From Obrimoposthia wandeli (Eukaryota), in assembly GCA_977020255.1 (NCBI GenBank), contig CDROCS010000253.1, positions 3,286,001-3,350,000 on the forward strand: a stretch of DNA of 64,000 nt, read 5' to 3'. Under the pieces are notes generated by a model, which saw only the letters and a program-made list of their open reading frames with translations, ran no database searches and had not been told where the DNA came from. Positions 18,733 to 30,700 of the stretch are shown here, in pieces (within the stretch, counting starts at the first letter, position 1; each line of letters opens with the position of its first letter). The position numbers and the translations under genes are program-made.

Positions 18733-20394
18733 TCAGGCATGCGTAGTAAGTGTTTGAAGTGCTTGTTCTCTAGTGTTGAATTGATGTTTTTTATCTAATA
18801 AAGTTTCTAAAGATAACTTGTGCAGTGATTGATTAATTTTATCGTTACCGGTAATAACCAATACTTTTTTATTTTTTGCTTTGGTGCGCTCTATAAGATC
18901 TGTGATCATAATAGCGGTTGTTGTACCTATCAACTCAGCGTTAGATAAATCTATTACTAATGTGGAGAATGCTAAGTTTTCAGTAAAACGACGAGATAAT
19001 TCTCTTGAAACAGCAAAACTAACCGGGCCGTCAATGGTTAATAAAAGTGTATTTTCTAAGGTTTTACTCAGGCTTTTTTGAATATCATCAGTTAAATCCA
19101 TCTTCATATTACTTGATGGTATTTCACTGATTAATTCATTGCCTTTTTTAAAGGTAATGTTATCAAGTTGAATATGAGTTAAGCGATCTAATGTTACTAA
19201 ATTAGCGATAAACATACCAACTAACACGGCAGTAATTAAATCAACAAAAACGGTTAGTAGTAAAACCAATAACATTAAAGAAGCCGAAAATAACCCCACT
19301 TTTTTTATCTGAAAAATAAAGCGCCAGTCAATAATATCAAGCCCCACTTTAATTAGCATACCCGCGAGAACAGTATGAGGAATATACTGTGCGTAATCTC
19401 CAGCCCAGAGAATAACAATTAACAAAGTAAGAGAATGTACTATGCCAGACAAGGCTGTTTTACCGCCGGCACGAATATTAATTACAGTGCGCATGGTTGC
19501 ACCTGCGCCCGGTAATGCACCAAAAAATCCCGCAATAGTATTCGCGATCCCTTGGCCGATAAGTTCTTTGTCACTATTGTGGTGGCTTTCGGTCAAGGTA
19601 TCAGCAACCATTGAGGTGAGTAATGAGTCGATAGCGCCCAATACTGCTAATAAAAAGGCGAAATAGCTAACATGATACAGTGTATCTAAAGATAGGTTAG
19701 GCATGATTAAACTAGGAAAGCCGGTCGGAATTTTACCGATAACAGAAATACCTTGTTGGGTAAAAAAGGTGGAGCTAATGACTGTTAATGCTATTAAGGC
19801 AAACAGTGGCGCGGGGATTATTTTAGTCCATTTTTCAGGCCAATATATCATGATCAAAAGTGTGACCACACCAAGTAAAGTCGCCAACGTATTTTGTTGA
19901 TTAAATGCGTTGGGAATATTTGTTAGCGCAGCTAACACATTGCTGTAACCTGCGTTACCTAACAGTGGTGATATTTGCAGCAAAATAATAATAATGCCGA
20001 TACCTGTCATAAAGCCAGAAATAACAGGGTAGGGCACCATAACAAAATACTTACCTAGCTTAAGTAAACCAAATAAGATTTGGAATAAGCCCGCTAAAAT
20101 GACGCAGGTAAAAGCTAATACCAAGCCAGTATCAGGATGACTCGCGATTAATTGAGTTAACACTAATGCCATGACCACACTCATAGGCCCTGTTGGACCT
20201 GATATTTGTGTGGCGGTTCCACCAAATAGAGCTGCAAAAAAGCCAACAAAAATGGCGCCGTAAACACCTGCTATAGCACCGGCACCCGATGACACGCCAA
20301 AGGCTAAGGCTAATGGTAGCGCGATAACTGCAGCAGTTAAGCCGCCGAAAATATCACCTTTAAGATGTTTACTCGATATTTTATTGATTAAAAT
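18733..20394 (-). CDS. SulP/SLC26 anion transporter with STAS domain (BicA-like); extended beyond the ORF-track start of 20295
   Basis: The frame is open upstream of 20295 and encodes the conserved SulP N-terminus (LKGDIFGGLTAAVIALPLALAFGVSSGAG). There is no ATG, GTG or TTG in that stretch, and an in-frame TAA lies at 20407-20409. Confidence 0.85.
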   Translation of the reverse strand: MLINKISSKHLKGDIFGGLTAAVIALPLALAFGVSSGAGAIAGVYGAIFVGFFAALFGGTATQISGPTGPMSVVMALVLTQLIASHPDTGLVLAFTCVILAGLFQILFGLLKLGKYFVMVPYPVISGFMTGIGIIIILLQISPLLGNAGYSNVLAALTNIPNAFNQQNTLATLLGVVTLLIMIYWPEKWTKIIPAPLFALIALTVISSTFFTQQGISVIGKIPTGFPSLIMPNLSLDTLYHVSYFAFLLAVLGAIDSLLTSMVADTLTESHHNSDKELIGQGIANTIAGFFGALPGAGATMRTVINIRAGGKTALSGIVHSLTLLIVILWAGDYAQYIPHTVLAGMLIKVGLDIIDWRFIFQIKKVGLFSASLMLLVLLLTVFVDLITAVLVGMFIANLVTLDRLTHIQLDNITFKKGNELISEIPSSNMKMDLTDDIQKSLSKTLENTLLLTIDGPVSFAVSRELSRRFTENLAFSTLVIDLSNAELIGTTTAIMITDLIERTKAKNKKVLVITGNDKINQSLHKLSLETLLDKKHQFNTREQALQTLTTHA

Positions 20395-20519
20395 AATAAT
20401 TATGCCTTAAGGGTATAAACCCGTTACCGATAACAGTGTGTCGAGGTTAATTGAGTGTAACATTATAAGTGCGAGTCAAATAAAGGTGTTATTAGACCTT
20501 GGTAGGCAAGCTTATTTGA

Positions 20520-21365
20520 ATGTCAGTGTGCTATCCTGAGCTGATTTTAGCGAAAGAACTTATTTCGTTCGCAATACCTATGTCTTTCAAAAGACCGGAG
20601 CGAAAAATCGAATTATCACTAACACTTTTTATCGGCTTGACCGTTGTGGCTTTTGTTGCCGGTTTTATCAGTTCGATTGCTGGGGCAGGTGGCGCCATTG
20701 TTTTACCCGTATTGCTGTGGGCAGGTTTGCCTCCACTTAACGCGTTAGCGACCAATAAATTTCAAAGTGTTTTTGGCACATTATCCTCAACAATCAATTT
20801 TTTACGAAAAGGTTATATTGATTTGCATGCTCTATGGCCTGCGCTGTGTTATGCCTTTGTTGGCTCGGTGCTAGGTACCTGTTTGGTACAGCAAATATCT
20901 ACGGATTATTTATCGCAAATGATGCCGTATCTACTCATTGTCTTGGCGATTTATATGTTGCTCTCGCCAAGCATTGCCGATAAAGATTTGCCAGCAAAAA
21001 TATCAGAGAAAACTTTTGCACCCCTTATCGGTGGTGGTATTGGGTTATATGGCGGTTTTTTTGGTCCGGGAATGGGCTCGTTCTTCGCCGTTGCCTTTGC
21101 CTCATTACGCGGCTTTAACATGCGTAAAGCGACTGCCTTTACCAAACCCTTGGTCTTGATCGTTAATACTACCTCCATGGTGATTTTTTTATGGGGTGGA
21201 CACATTGTCTGGAGTTTGGCTATTGCGATGGCCGCTTCACAAGTTGTGGGCGCGCGGCTGGGTTCGAATTTAGTGATTCACCGCGGCGTGGCTTTAATCA
21301 AACCTTTAATTGTACTGATGACATTAGCGATTGCCTTTAAATTGTTGCTTGAAAGCAGTAGTTAA
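20520..21365 (+). CDS. TauE/SafE (TSUP) sulfite-exporter family membrane protein
   Basis: AGFISSIAGAGG, ALATNKFQS, GLYGGFFGPGMGSF, GARLGS. The homology-like start is at about 20607 (GGAG-N6-ATC GAA TTA). Confidence 0.88.
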   Translation: MSVCYPELILAKELISFAIPMSFKRPERKIELSLTLFIGLTVVAFVAGFISSIAGAGGAIVLPVLLWAGLPPLNALATNKFQSVFGTLSSTINFLRKGYIDLHALWPALCYAFVGSVLGTCLVQQISTDYLSQMMPYLLIVLAIYMLLSPSIADKDLPAKISEKTFAPLIGGGIGLYGGFFGPGMGSFFAVAFASLRGFNMRKATAFTKPLVLIVNTTSMVIFLWGGHIVWSLAIAMAASQVVGARLGSNLVIHRGVALIKPLIVLMTLAIAFKLLLESSS

Positions 21366-21422
21366 AGGCAATGAAGCTTTATTGCTGATATATCCTCAAC
21401 GTCTTTAACAGTATTAGTAAGC

Positions 21423-22040
21423 TCATGACTCTTTTGAGCGTGATAAAAACATACTGACAGCAAAGTCACAAATCTCATCAATCTTACTATTATCAGTATA
21501 GATACCATCAATAAATAGTTTAGCGATGCCATGTACGGTGCCCCATAACACTTGTGATGCACGCAAGGCATTATCATCGACATTAAACAGCCCTTTTTTT
21601 TGCCATTCTTGCGTCATAGCGACTTGATATTGAAAGCAAGGGTAGGCTAAATCGCGAAGTTCTTGGGTACTACTTTCATTCTTCCATATAGTACGGCCAA
21701 ACATTAATTCATAAAGTTCAGGGTTGTTATTGGCAAACTGAACGTAATCATGAATAAAACGATAAAAATGCTCTTTTATGGTTAGCTCTTCATCTTCATA
21801 GCCACATCGATTGATTTGTTGTAGCTGCTCAAATCCCTTTTCGGCCATGCCGCAAAGCAGTGCGTTTTTATCTTTAAAGTGATGATAGGGCGCTGTTCTA
21901 GAAACCCCAACACGGGAAGCAAGTTTACGTAAGGAGACTTCTTTTATGCCACTTTCTTGCAACATTTCAGTCGCAACAACGAGCAGAGTCTCGCGTAGAT
22001 CACCATGGTGATACGTTGATTTTTCATTAATATCTTTCAT
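21423..22040 (-). CDS. TetR-family regulator divergent from fadH
   Basis: YHHGDLRETLL…SLRKLASRVGVSRTAPYHHFKDK. Confidence 0.94.
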   Translation of the reverse strand: MKDINEKSTYHHGDLRETLLVVATEMLQESGIKEVSLRKLASRVGVSRTAPYHHFKDKNALLCGMAEKGFEQLQQINRCGYEDEELTIKEHFYRFIHDYVQFANNNPELYELMFGRTIWKNESSTQELRDLAYPCFQYQVAMTQEWQKKGLFNVDDNALRASQVLWGTVHGIAKLFIDGIYTDNSKIDEICDFAVSMFLSRSKES

Positions 22041-22077
22041 AGAAGTAATTTAACAATGATCGCGCAAACAAGCAATC

Positions 22078-22133
22078 TTGACACTGTCATATTTAAGGTG
22101 TATCTTTTATGTACGTTAACTTGACAGTGTCAA
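22078..22133. promoter_or_regulatory. Two TetR-type operators, each overlapping a TTGACA hexamer
   Basis: TTGACACTGTCAT (22078-22090) and TTGACAGTGTCAA (22121-22133, perfect 6-1-6 palindrome). Confidence 0.7.
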
Positions 22134-22226
22134 CTTTGCTTTAAGAAGTGTAAGTTTACTGGCCTCATTTGTTTAACATAATCAGTGAAAGTCCTAAAGT
22201 TTCACATCAGCGATATAAGAGAGTAA

Positions 22227-24254
<2,028 letters not shown>

Positions 24255-24283
24255 GCAAAACAGCGATCTGATTTTACCCCGAT

Positions 24284-24328
24284 AAAATGGCTCTCTAATC
24301 TTATTTTTTCGATAAGAGGGCCATTTTT
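24284..24328 (+). terminator. Intrinsic terminator after fadH
   Basis: Stem AAAATGGCTCTCT / AGAGGGCCATTTT followed by a T run. Confidence 0.6.
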
Positions 24329-24383
24329 AGCGTATATTTTCTACCGTTAGTAGATTCTGGGATAAGATTTTCTTGTTAAAAAT

Positions 24384-24410
24384 TAAAGTCTTTAGCTTTA
24401 TTACCGATAT
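24384..24410 (+). promoter_or_regulatory. Sigma28 (FliA)-type promoter
   Basis: TAAAGTCT-N11-ACCGATAT versus the consensus TAAAGTTT-N11-GCCGATAA, with exact spacing, 33 bp before ATG 24444. Confidence 0.7.
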
Positions 24411-24419
24411 ATACTTAAC

Positions 24420-26354
24420 GTGGACTTACGATTAAGGATAATCATGATTAACAATGTATCAAACAGCCTGTCTGACTTAACAACACTCCTTGCCCAACCA
24501 GTCAATGAACAATCCCATACTCTCACCGATGAACTTAAAAACATTGCACCAGAAATGGTTAAAGAACTCTTGGGCCAGTTTGATGAAGAAAGAGTGGCAG
24601 AGTTACTTCATCAACAATTTGCCTCACTCATCACTGTATCAAGTGAGCCTACAGTATTCGATTACAAATATTCAGACAAAGAATTAGCCTTACGCACCGT
24701 AATAAGCAGTCAACAAGACGGTTTACTCAACAATGAAAACAGCGATGAGCTAATGAAACGTTTGAATAAATCTGTAAAAGACATTCACGGAGCTTATGCC
24801 AATACGAGTGATATATTAGCTAGTTTAGGGCAACTGGGTCATCAGCAAGAATCATTTTTAGCTTCTAGTGAACAGCGTGTAGAACGAGCACTGGATTCAT
24901 ATATGGAAAGTATTAATCGAATAGATAATGAGGATAACGACAACTATAGTTTCGAACTATCAGTAAAGACTAAAGAAGGCGATATTATCAATATCAGCTT
25001 TAATTCATCGCAAGGTTATGATGAAAAGACGGGTAACACAGTAGATGGTTTTGGTCTTAGTTATCAAGTTGAGGGTGACTTGTCAGAAGCTGAACATCAG
25101 GCATTAACAGAGGTATTATCGGGGGTTGGAGAAATGGCTGATGAATTTTTTAAGGTAAGTCAAAACTCATACAGTAAATATGTTCCAGCAGGCCAATCTG
25201 ATTTTAACTTAGGTTTCTTAGCTGCTTTTAATCATCAGCAGTTATCTGGTTTTGATGTGTCTTTTTCGACTACTGAAAGTCAACAATTTGGTGACCCAGA
25301 AAATAATATTGATCTAAGTTACCACGTCGATCAAGCGTCAGACCAACAAGCGCTTACGTTTGAGTCTAAAGCGGGTGTTAATGAAATCGATTTCTCGTTA
25401 GATATGTCTACTTTTGGCGGTAAAGACGTAAAGCAAATGCAACAATACATAACCACATTAGATAAAAACCTCGAAGATAGCCGTCACAATAGTAAAGGCG
25501 GAAATGAAACATCTGCATTGGGTAAAAAAGACGATTTAAAAATGCAACAAGGTTTCGCTATTTTTAAAGGGGCTTTTGCTAGTATGTCATCGGCAGCGCA
25601 GCGTTATAGCAATATAGAGTCAGTTGCAGCACAACAATTCACTGATGGCCGAACAATGGTTGCAGCGTTAGTCGATAACATGATCACCAATGACTCTCGC
25701 TATCAAGGGCTTAACAGCGAAACAAATAATACCTTGGGTGCTGGCATTTCTAAATTAGCAGACTTTTCAGCAGAATTTTCATTTTCGAAAGAGCCACAAG
25801 GCCAGAGTCTACGCCCTAAAATAAGTGTTGAATTAGACCAAGTAACTCAGCAACACAAATTAGCAAAATTAACCGGTGTAACCCAAAGTAAAACGGTAGC
25901 TACGCATTTCGATTATCAGCTTACTCGGCCTGATTACTATGATAAAACAGAAAGTTATAACATTGGTACTGCAGTCAAAAATCAGGAATTGGTTGGACTT
26001 GATCAACAACACCAAGTAGATGTTAGTCAAGAAACGTATCAGTTTAATCCTGATAAAAATCAATATGAACTTACAATGGCATTTAATGAACAGATAGCGG
26101 ATGAGAGCAACATTCGCCTTATTAACGATATTTGGCTTGAGACAAAAGAAAGTAGTCATGCAATGGATAAAAAAGAGCGTATCGCTAACGAAGGAAAACC
26201 AGAAGATTTTAACAGAACAAACCACCATTCTCATAAAAAACTAATGACGCTAATTGGTGATTTGGATAAGCTAGCAGAAGATAAACACGTTAAGCGTGAG
26301 TATCTTATTACATTAGATGAAGTGAACTTTTTTATGGATAATAATACTAAATAA
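24420..26354 (+). CDS. Uncharacterised DUF5610-like protein (likely start ATG 24444)
   Basis: IHGAYANTSDILASLGQL and ELSVKTKEGDIINISF…YQVEGDLSEAEHQAL…ADEFF segments resemble DUF5610-type proteins. No Sec signal peptide. RBS AAGGA precedes ATG 24444. Confidence 0.7.
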   Translation: MDLRLRIIMINNVSNSLSDLTTLLAQPVNEQSHTLTDELKNIAPEMVKELLGQFDEERVAELLHQQFASLITVSSEPTVFDYKYSDKELALRTVISSQQDGLLNNENSDELMKRLNKSVKDIHGAYANTSDILASLGQLGHQQESFLASSEQRVERALDSYMESINRIDNEDNDNYSFELSVKTKEGDIINISFNSSQGYDEKTGNTVDGFGLSYQVEGDLSEAEHQALTEVLSGVGEMADEFFKVSQNSYSKYVPAGQSDFNLGFLAAFNHQQLSGFDVSFSTTESQQFGDPENNIDLSYHVDQASDQQALTFESKAGVNEIDFSLDMSTFGGKDVKQMQQYITTLDKNLEDSRHNSKGGNETSALGKKDDLKMQQGFAIFKGAFASMSSAAQRYSNIESVAAQQFTDGRTMVAALVDNMITNDSRYQGLNSETNNTLGAGISKLADFSAEFSFSKEPQGQSLRPKISVELDQVTQQHKLAKLTGVTQSKTVATHFDYQLTRPDYYDKTESYNIGTAVKNQELVGLDQQHQVDVSQETYQFNPDKNQYELTMAFNEQIADESNIRLINDIWLETKESSHAMDKKERIANEGKPEDFNRTNHHSHKKLMTLIGDLDKLAEDKHVKREYLITLDEVNFFMDNNTK

Positions 26355-26422
26355 GAGCAAACGTCGGTAATGTGCTTAGTTATCTGTACTTAAAGATCCA
26401 CACTTGTTTTGCAAGATCAATT

Positions 26423-27337
26423 TTAGAAAATAGTTGAATACAAATAACCGGCACCAACTGCCATTGATAATATTACCGTTAAAAAGGCAATTATCATTTG
26501 ATTTTTGAATAACGATTTAAGCAATATAACTTCAGTTAAACTAGCTCCTGCACTGCCAATAATTAATGCCATTACTGCGCCAAGTCCCATGCCTTTTGCT
26601 GCTAATGCCGCACTTAACGGTATTACAACTTCAGCTCTAATATAAAGTGGAATACCTATTACTGCTGCAATAGGTACCGCAAAGGGGTTACTTTCACTTG
26701 CTACGCGGGCAACAAATTCTGTTGGCATAAATCCATAAATCAATGAGCCTAATGCGATACCACCTATTAAATAAGGCAACACTTTCTTAAAATCAGACCA
26801 AGTGCTGTGCCAAATTTTAGTCCATTTGCTTACAGTCTTACCATTATTATCACAGCTAGTTGCACAGTCTTTACTTTCAGGAGTAATGTAGGCTTCAGGT
26901 TTAATGTATTTTTCAAAACCTAATTTCTCTAACAAATAACCCGCAGCAATTGAAACACCCATAGCAATGGTAAAATAGAATGCCGTAACTTTTAAGCCAA
27001 AGGTGATGGCAAATAAACCAATGATAATTGGGTTAAGTAATGGGCTAGCAAATAAGAACACCATCATAGTACCAAAGCCTGCTTTTGCTCTAAGTAATCC
27101 TTTTAAGAAAGGGATCGTTGAGCAGGAGCAAAAAGGTGTAATAGCACCAAGAAATCCAGCGACGATATAACCTTTGCCATTCTTACTACTTAAAATACTC
27201 TGAATTTTACTCGGCGGAATATATTCCTGAAGAACACCGACAATATAACTGATCAGTAAAAACAGTACGGTTAGCTCTACGGCTAAAAAAGCAAACATGT
27301 TTAAGGTATCAAAGACCATTTGTTGTGTAATTTTCAT
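26423..27337 (-). CDS. DUF318/UPF0718 permease (ArsP-like)
   Basis: GAITPFCSCSTIPF, FLFASPLLNP, a Cys-bearing loop (CATSC), and IGIPLYIRAE…IIGSAGAS. Confidence 0.88.
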   Translation of the reverse strand: MKITQQMVFDTLNMFAFLAVELTVLFLLISYIVGVLQEYIPPSKIQSILSSKNGKGYIVAGFLGAITPFCSCSTIPFLKGLLRAKAGFGTMMVFLFASPLLNPIIIGLFAITFGLKVTAFYFTIAMGVSIAAGYLLEKLGFEKYIKPEAYITPESKDCATSCDNNGKTVSKWTKIWHSTWSDFKKVLPYLIGGIALGSLIYGFMPTEFVARVASESNPFAVPIAAVIGIPLYIRAEVVIPLSAALAAKGMGLGAVMALIIGSAGASLTEVILLKSLFKNQMIIAFLTVILSMAVGAGYLYSTIF

Positions 27338-27368
27338 AAGAGATATTCTCGATAAAGTGTTAATTCGT

Positions 27369-27438
27369 TATTTCTGGATTATTCGAATTATAAAGAAAGA
27401 AGTATCCGTGTCAATATATTTCCAGTAATATCGAATTA
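27369..27438. promoter_or_regulatory. Paired ArsR/SmtB-type operators
   Basis: TATTTC-N8-TCGAATTA occurs twice (27369-27390 and 27417-27438) between the divergent permease and ArsR genes. Confidence 0.65.
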
Positions 27439-27470
27439 TAGAAAAGCAACACCAATTTAGAGAGCATGTT

Positions 27471-27761
27471 ATGGATATAGATGTTATTGCCAAAGCCTTA
27501 AAAGAATTAGGTCATCCAACTCGATTAGCAATATTTAAACGCTTAGTAAAATCAGGTGAGCAGGGTATTGCTGTGGGTGAAGTACAAGAAGAGTTACAGA
27601 TACCTGGTTCAACCTTATCACATCACATCTCTAGTTTGGCTTCTGCTGGGTTAATTACACAGCGTCGTGAAGGACGAGTGCTTTATTGTGTAGTTGAATA
27701 TGACAAACTACTCTCTGTGATTGCGTTTCTTCAAGACGAATGTTGTATTGATGAACAGTAA
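27471..27761 (+). CDS. ArsR/SmtB-family regulator
   Basis: ALKELGHPTRLAIFKRLV…STLSHHISSL…RREGR and C-terminal CC. Confidence 0.93.
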   Translation: MDIDVIAKALKELGHPTRLAIFKRLVKSGEQGIAVGEVQEELQIPGSTLSHHISSLASAGLITQRREGRVLYCVVEYDKLLSVIAFLQDECCIDEQ

Positions 27762-30700
27762 TTCTCAAACAGCTGTTGATAGTATCGATCAGCAATCTGT
27801 CCACTGTATCCCTTCCAGTTTTTTCTGTCGATTTATTGGTATTCCAACAGCGATAAAAATCAGTGATAGTGGTGTAGTGATTGATCTCGAAAATTGTTTG
27901 ACTAAGATAAAGTGGCGAGAACTTATCGCTCCTCCTAGCTTTCACCTGAGTTTTTTTGGCCAAATAATTTCGTTTAAAACAGCAAGCCGACACTATGTTT
28001 TCACCATGCTTGCCTATCATTCCAAGCGTAAGTACAAAAATGACTGTGAGCAGCTTTGGGCAGCGGCTAACATTTCACGTGTTGAAACGTTATTAACCGC
28101 CATAGAAAAATTCAAGACTAATCGATATCTGCGTCGTTCAACAATTGAACGTATTCAATTAGCGGCAAAGCAAGAATTAGTTCGCTGGTTGCCGTGGCTT
28201 ACATCAAATCGGTCAACTAAAGCAACGAGTTCCCTGACAAATGTTATTGAAATAATACAGCGGTTATCGACTTACCAACGTTGGAGCGAGCAGGCAATAG
28301 CTGATTGTCGAGAAAGCTACATCAATGAGCAACTTCAAGCGCATAAAGCTTTTTTTGATAACGTTGAATCTAATCCGTTAACACAGTGTCAGCGCAGGGC
28401 TTGTATTATCGATAACGACAATAATTTGTTGTTAGCTGGCGCGGGAACCGGAAAAACCAGTGTGATGGTTGGCCGAACAGGTTATTTACTCAATAGTCAG
28501 CAAGCAACGAGTGATGAAATATTATTATTAGCCTACGGTCGCAAAGCTGCCAATGAAATGGATGAAAGAATTAGAGATAAGTTATCGACTGATAAAATCA
28601 GCGCGAGCACTTTTCATAGTGTAGGCTTGAGTATTATTGCTCAGGTTGAAGGGGGAAAACCCAGTTTATCGGTATTTGCAGATGATGAAAAAGCAAAGTC
28701 TAGCTGGATCCAAAGCTGTTTTGAAAAGTTAATGAATGAAGATAAGCAATATCGTGCGCTTATTCTCGAGTATTTCAGTAAGTATTATTACGTTGAACGC
28801 AGTGCTTTTGATTTTAACAGCAAAGGCGAGTACTACCAGTACTTAACTGACAATGATATCCGCAGTTTTAAAGGCGAACAAGTCAACAGCTTCGGGGAGC
28901 TTTATATTGCCAATAGCTTATTTACTTATGGTATCGAATATCAGTATCAAGCTAAATACGCTTATGATGTAAAAACAAGTGAACGCAAACAATATCAGCC
29001 AGACTTCTTTCTGCCTGAATTAAATGTATATATTGAATATTATGGGATTGATGAAAACGAAAATTCAGCCCCTTACCTAGATAAAGAGGAATACCGTAAG
29101 GGTATTCAATGGAAACGTGACACCCATAATAAATTTAGCACTGTGTGTCTTGAGTTTAGCTATGCCCAGCATAAGGAAGGTCAATTACTTAGTGCCTTAA
29201 AGGCGTCATTGATTGCGCTACAAAAGCAATCTGACTTATCAGCCGCTGACCCGTTAACTACCGAAGTTATAGCTACTAAATTAAGATCAATTGAACTTAT
29301 ACCTACCGAAGTAATATTAGCAACACTCAAGGAGAGTGGCAAAATAACCGAGCTTGCTAAAACATTTACGCAGCTAGTGGGACTTTATAAAGCAGCTTGT
29401 TTAGACGCTACTTTAGCTAGCACTTTAGATGGAACATTAGAGAATACTTTACAAGCTAAGATTATCGCTAACTCTGCGGAGCCAAAACAGACAGAAAAAG
29501 CCTTAACATTGCTTAAACCCATTTTAAGCGCTTATCAACAATACTTAACATTTCACGGTGAAATTGACTTTGATGATATGATTAATAAAGCCTTAGTATA
29601 CGTTCAAGCAGGTAAGTTTCAGTCGCCATGGCGTTATATCATGGTTGATGAATTTCAAGATATATCTGAGCCGAGAGCGCGTTTAGTTAAAGCGTTACGT
29701 GATAACAATAAAGAATGCTCTGTTTTTGCTGTGGGCGATGATTGGCAGGCGATATACCGCTTTAGTGGTGCCGATGTTACCTTAACGACTAACTTTTCAA
29801 CTTATTTTGGCTCAACGACTCAATCAGCATTAGACCAAACTTTTCGATTCAACAACCACATTGGCAAGGTCGCAACCGATTTTATTAGCAAAAATCCGGC
29901 ACAAATTAATAAAAATATCACTTCGTTGAAACAAGTTAACGCGCCAGCCGTATCATTGCTCAAACGAGATAATAGTCAATTTCGTTCACGAAAAGCAACA
30001 CTTATCGATGAAATGGCCAATGGCGGAATTGATGATGTGTTAGCGGCTATATCAGCTAAAGTATGTCAGCCTGTTACTGTTTATTTATTAGCGCGCTTTT
30101 GGTTTCTTTTGCCAAGCAATATAGACATTAACAGGTTGAATAATCAATATCCTTTACTCACTATTGATGCACAGTCCTTTCATGCATCAAAAGGAAAAGA
30201 GGCCGATTATGTCATTATTGTTGGTCTGAAAAAGGGTGCTCATGGTTTTCCTTCTGAAAAAGCAACACCAGCATTACTTGATGCATTACTGGCGAGAAAA
30301 GAAACCTTTGCTTATGCAGAAGAACGGCGCTTGTTTTATGTTGCGCTAACCAGAGCGAGAGACAGAGTTTATATTATTGCCGATATGACCGAATCCAACC
30401 ACTTTGTTAAAGAGCTGGTGAGCGATCATCAAATTGAACTGAATGAATTTGAAAGTACAGTAAGTCAATCATTGGTCGATGATCTACATTGTTTGGTTTG
30501 TGAAACAGGGCTATTAAAAAAACGTACCGGCCGCTTTGGCGCTTTTTACGCTTGTTCTCATTTTCCTCGCTGTGCATATAAAGAAAAACCTTGTGCTAAA
30601 TGTGAAAGCCCAATGACACATAAACGTTATTCTGGTTTTAAACTTTGCTTAAATGATTCATGCAAAAATTTGATACCAACATGTAGTCAATGTAATGCAG

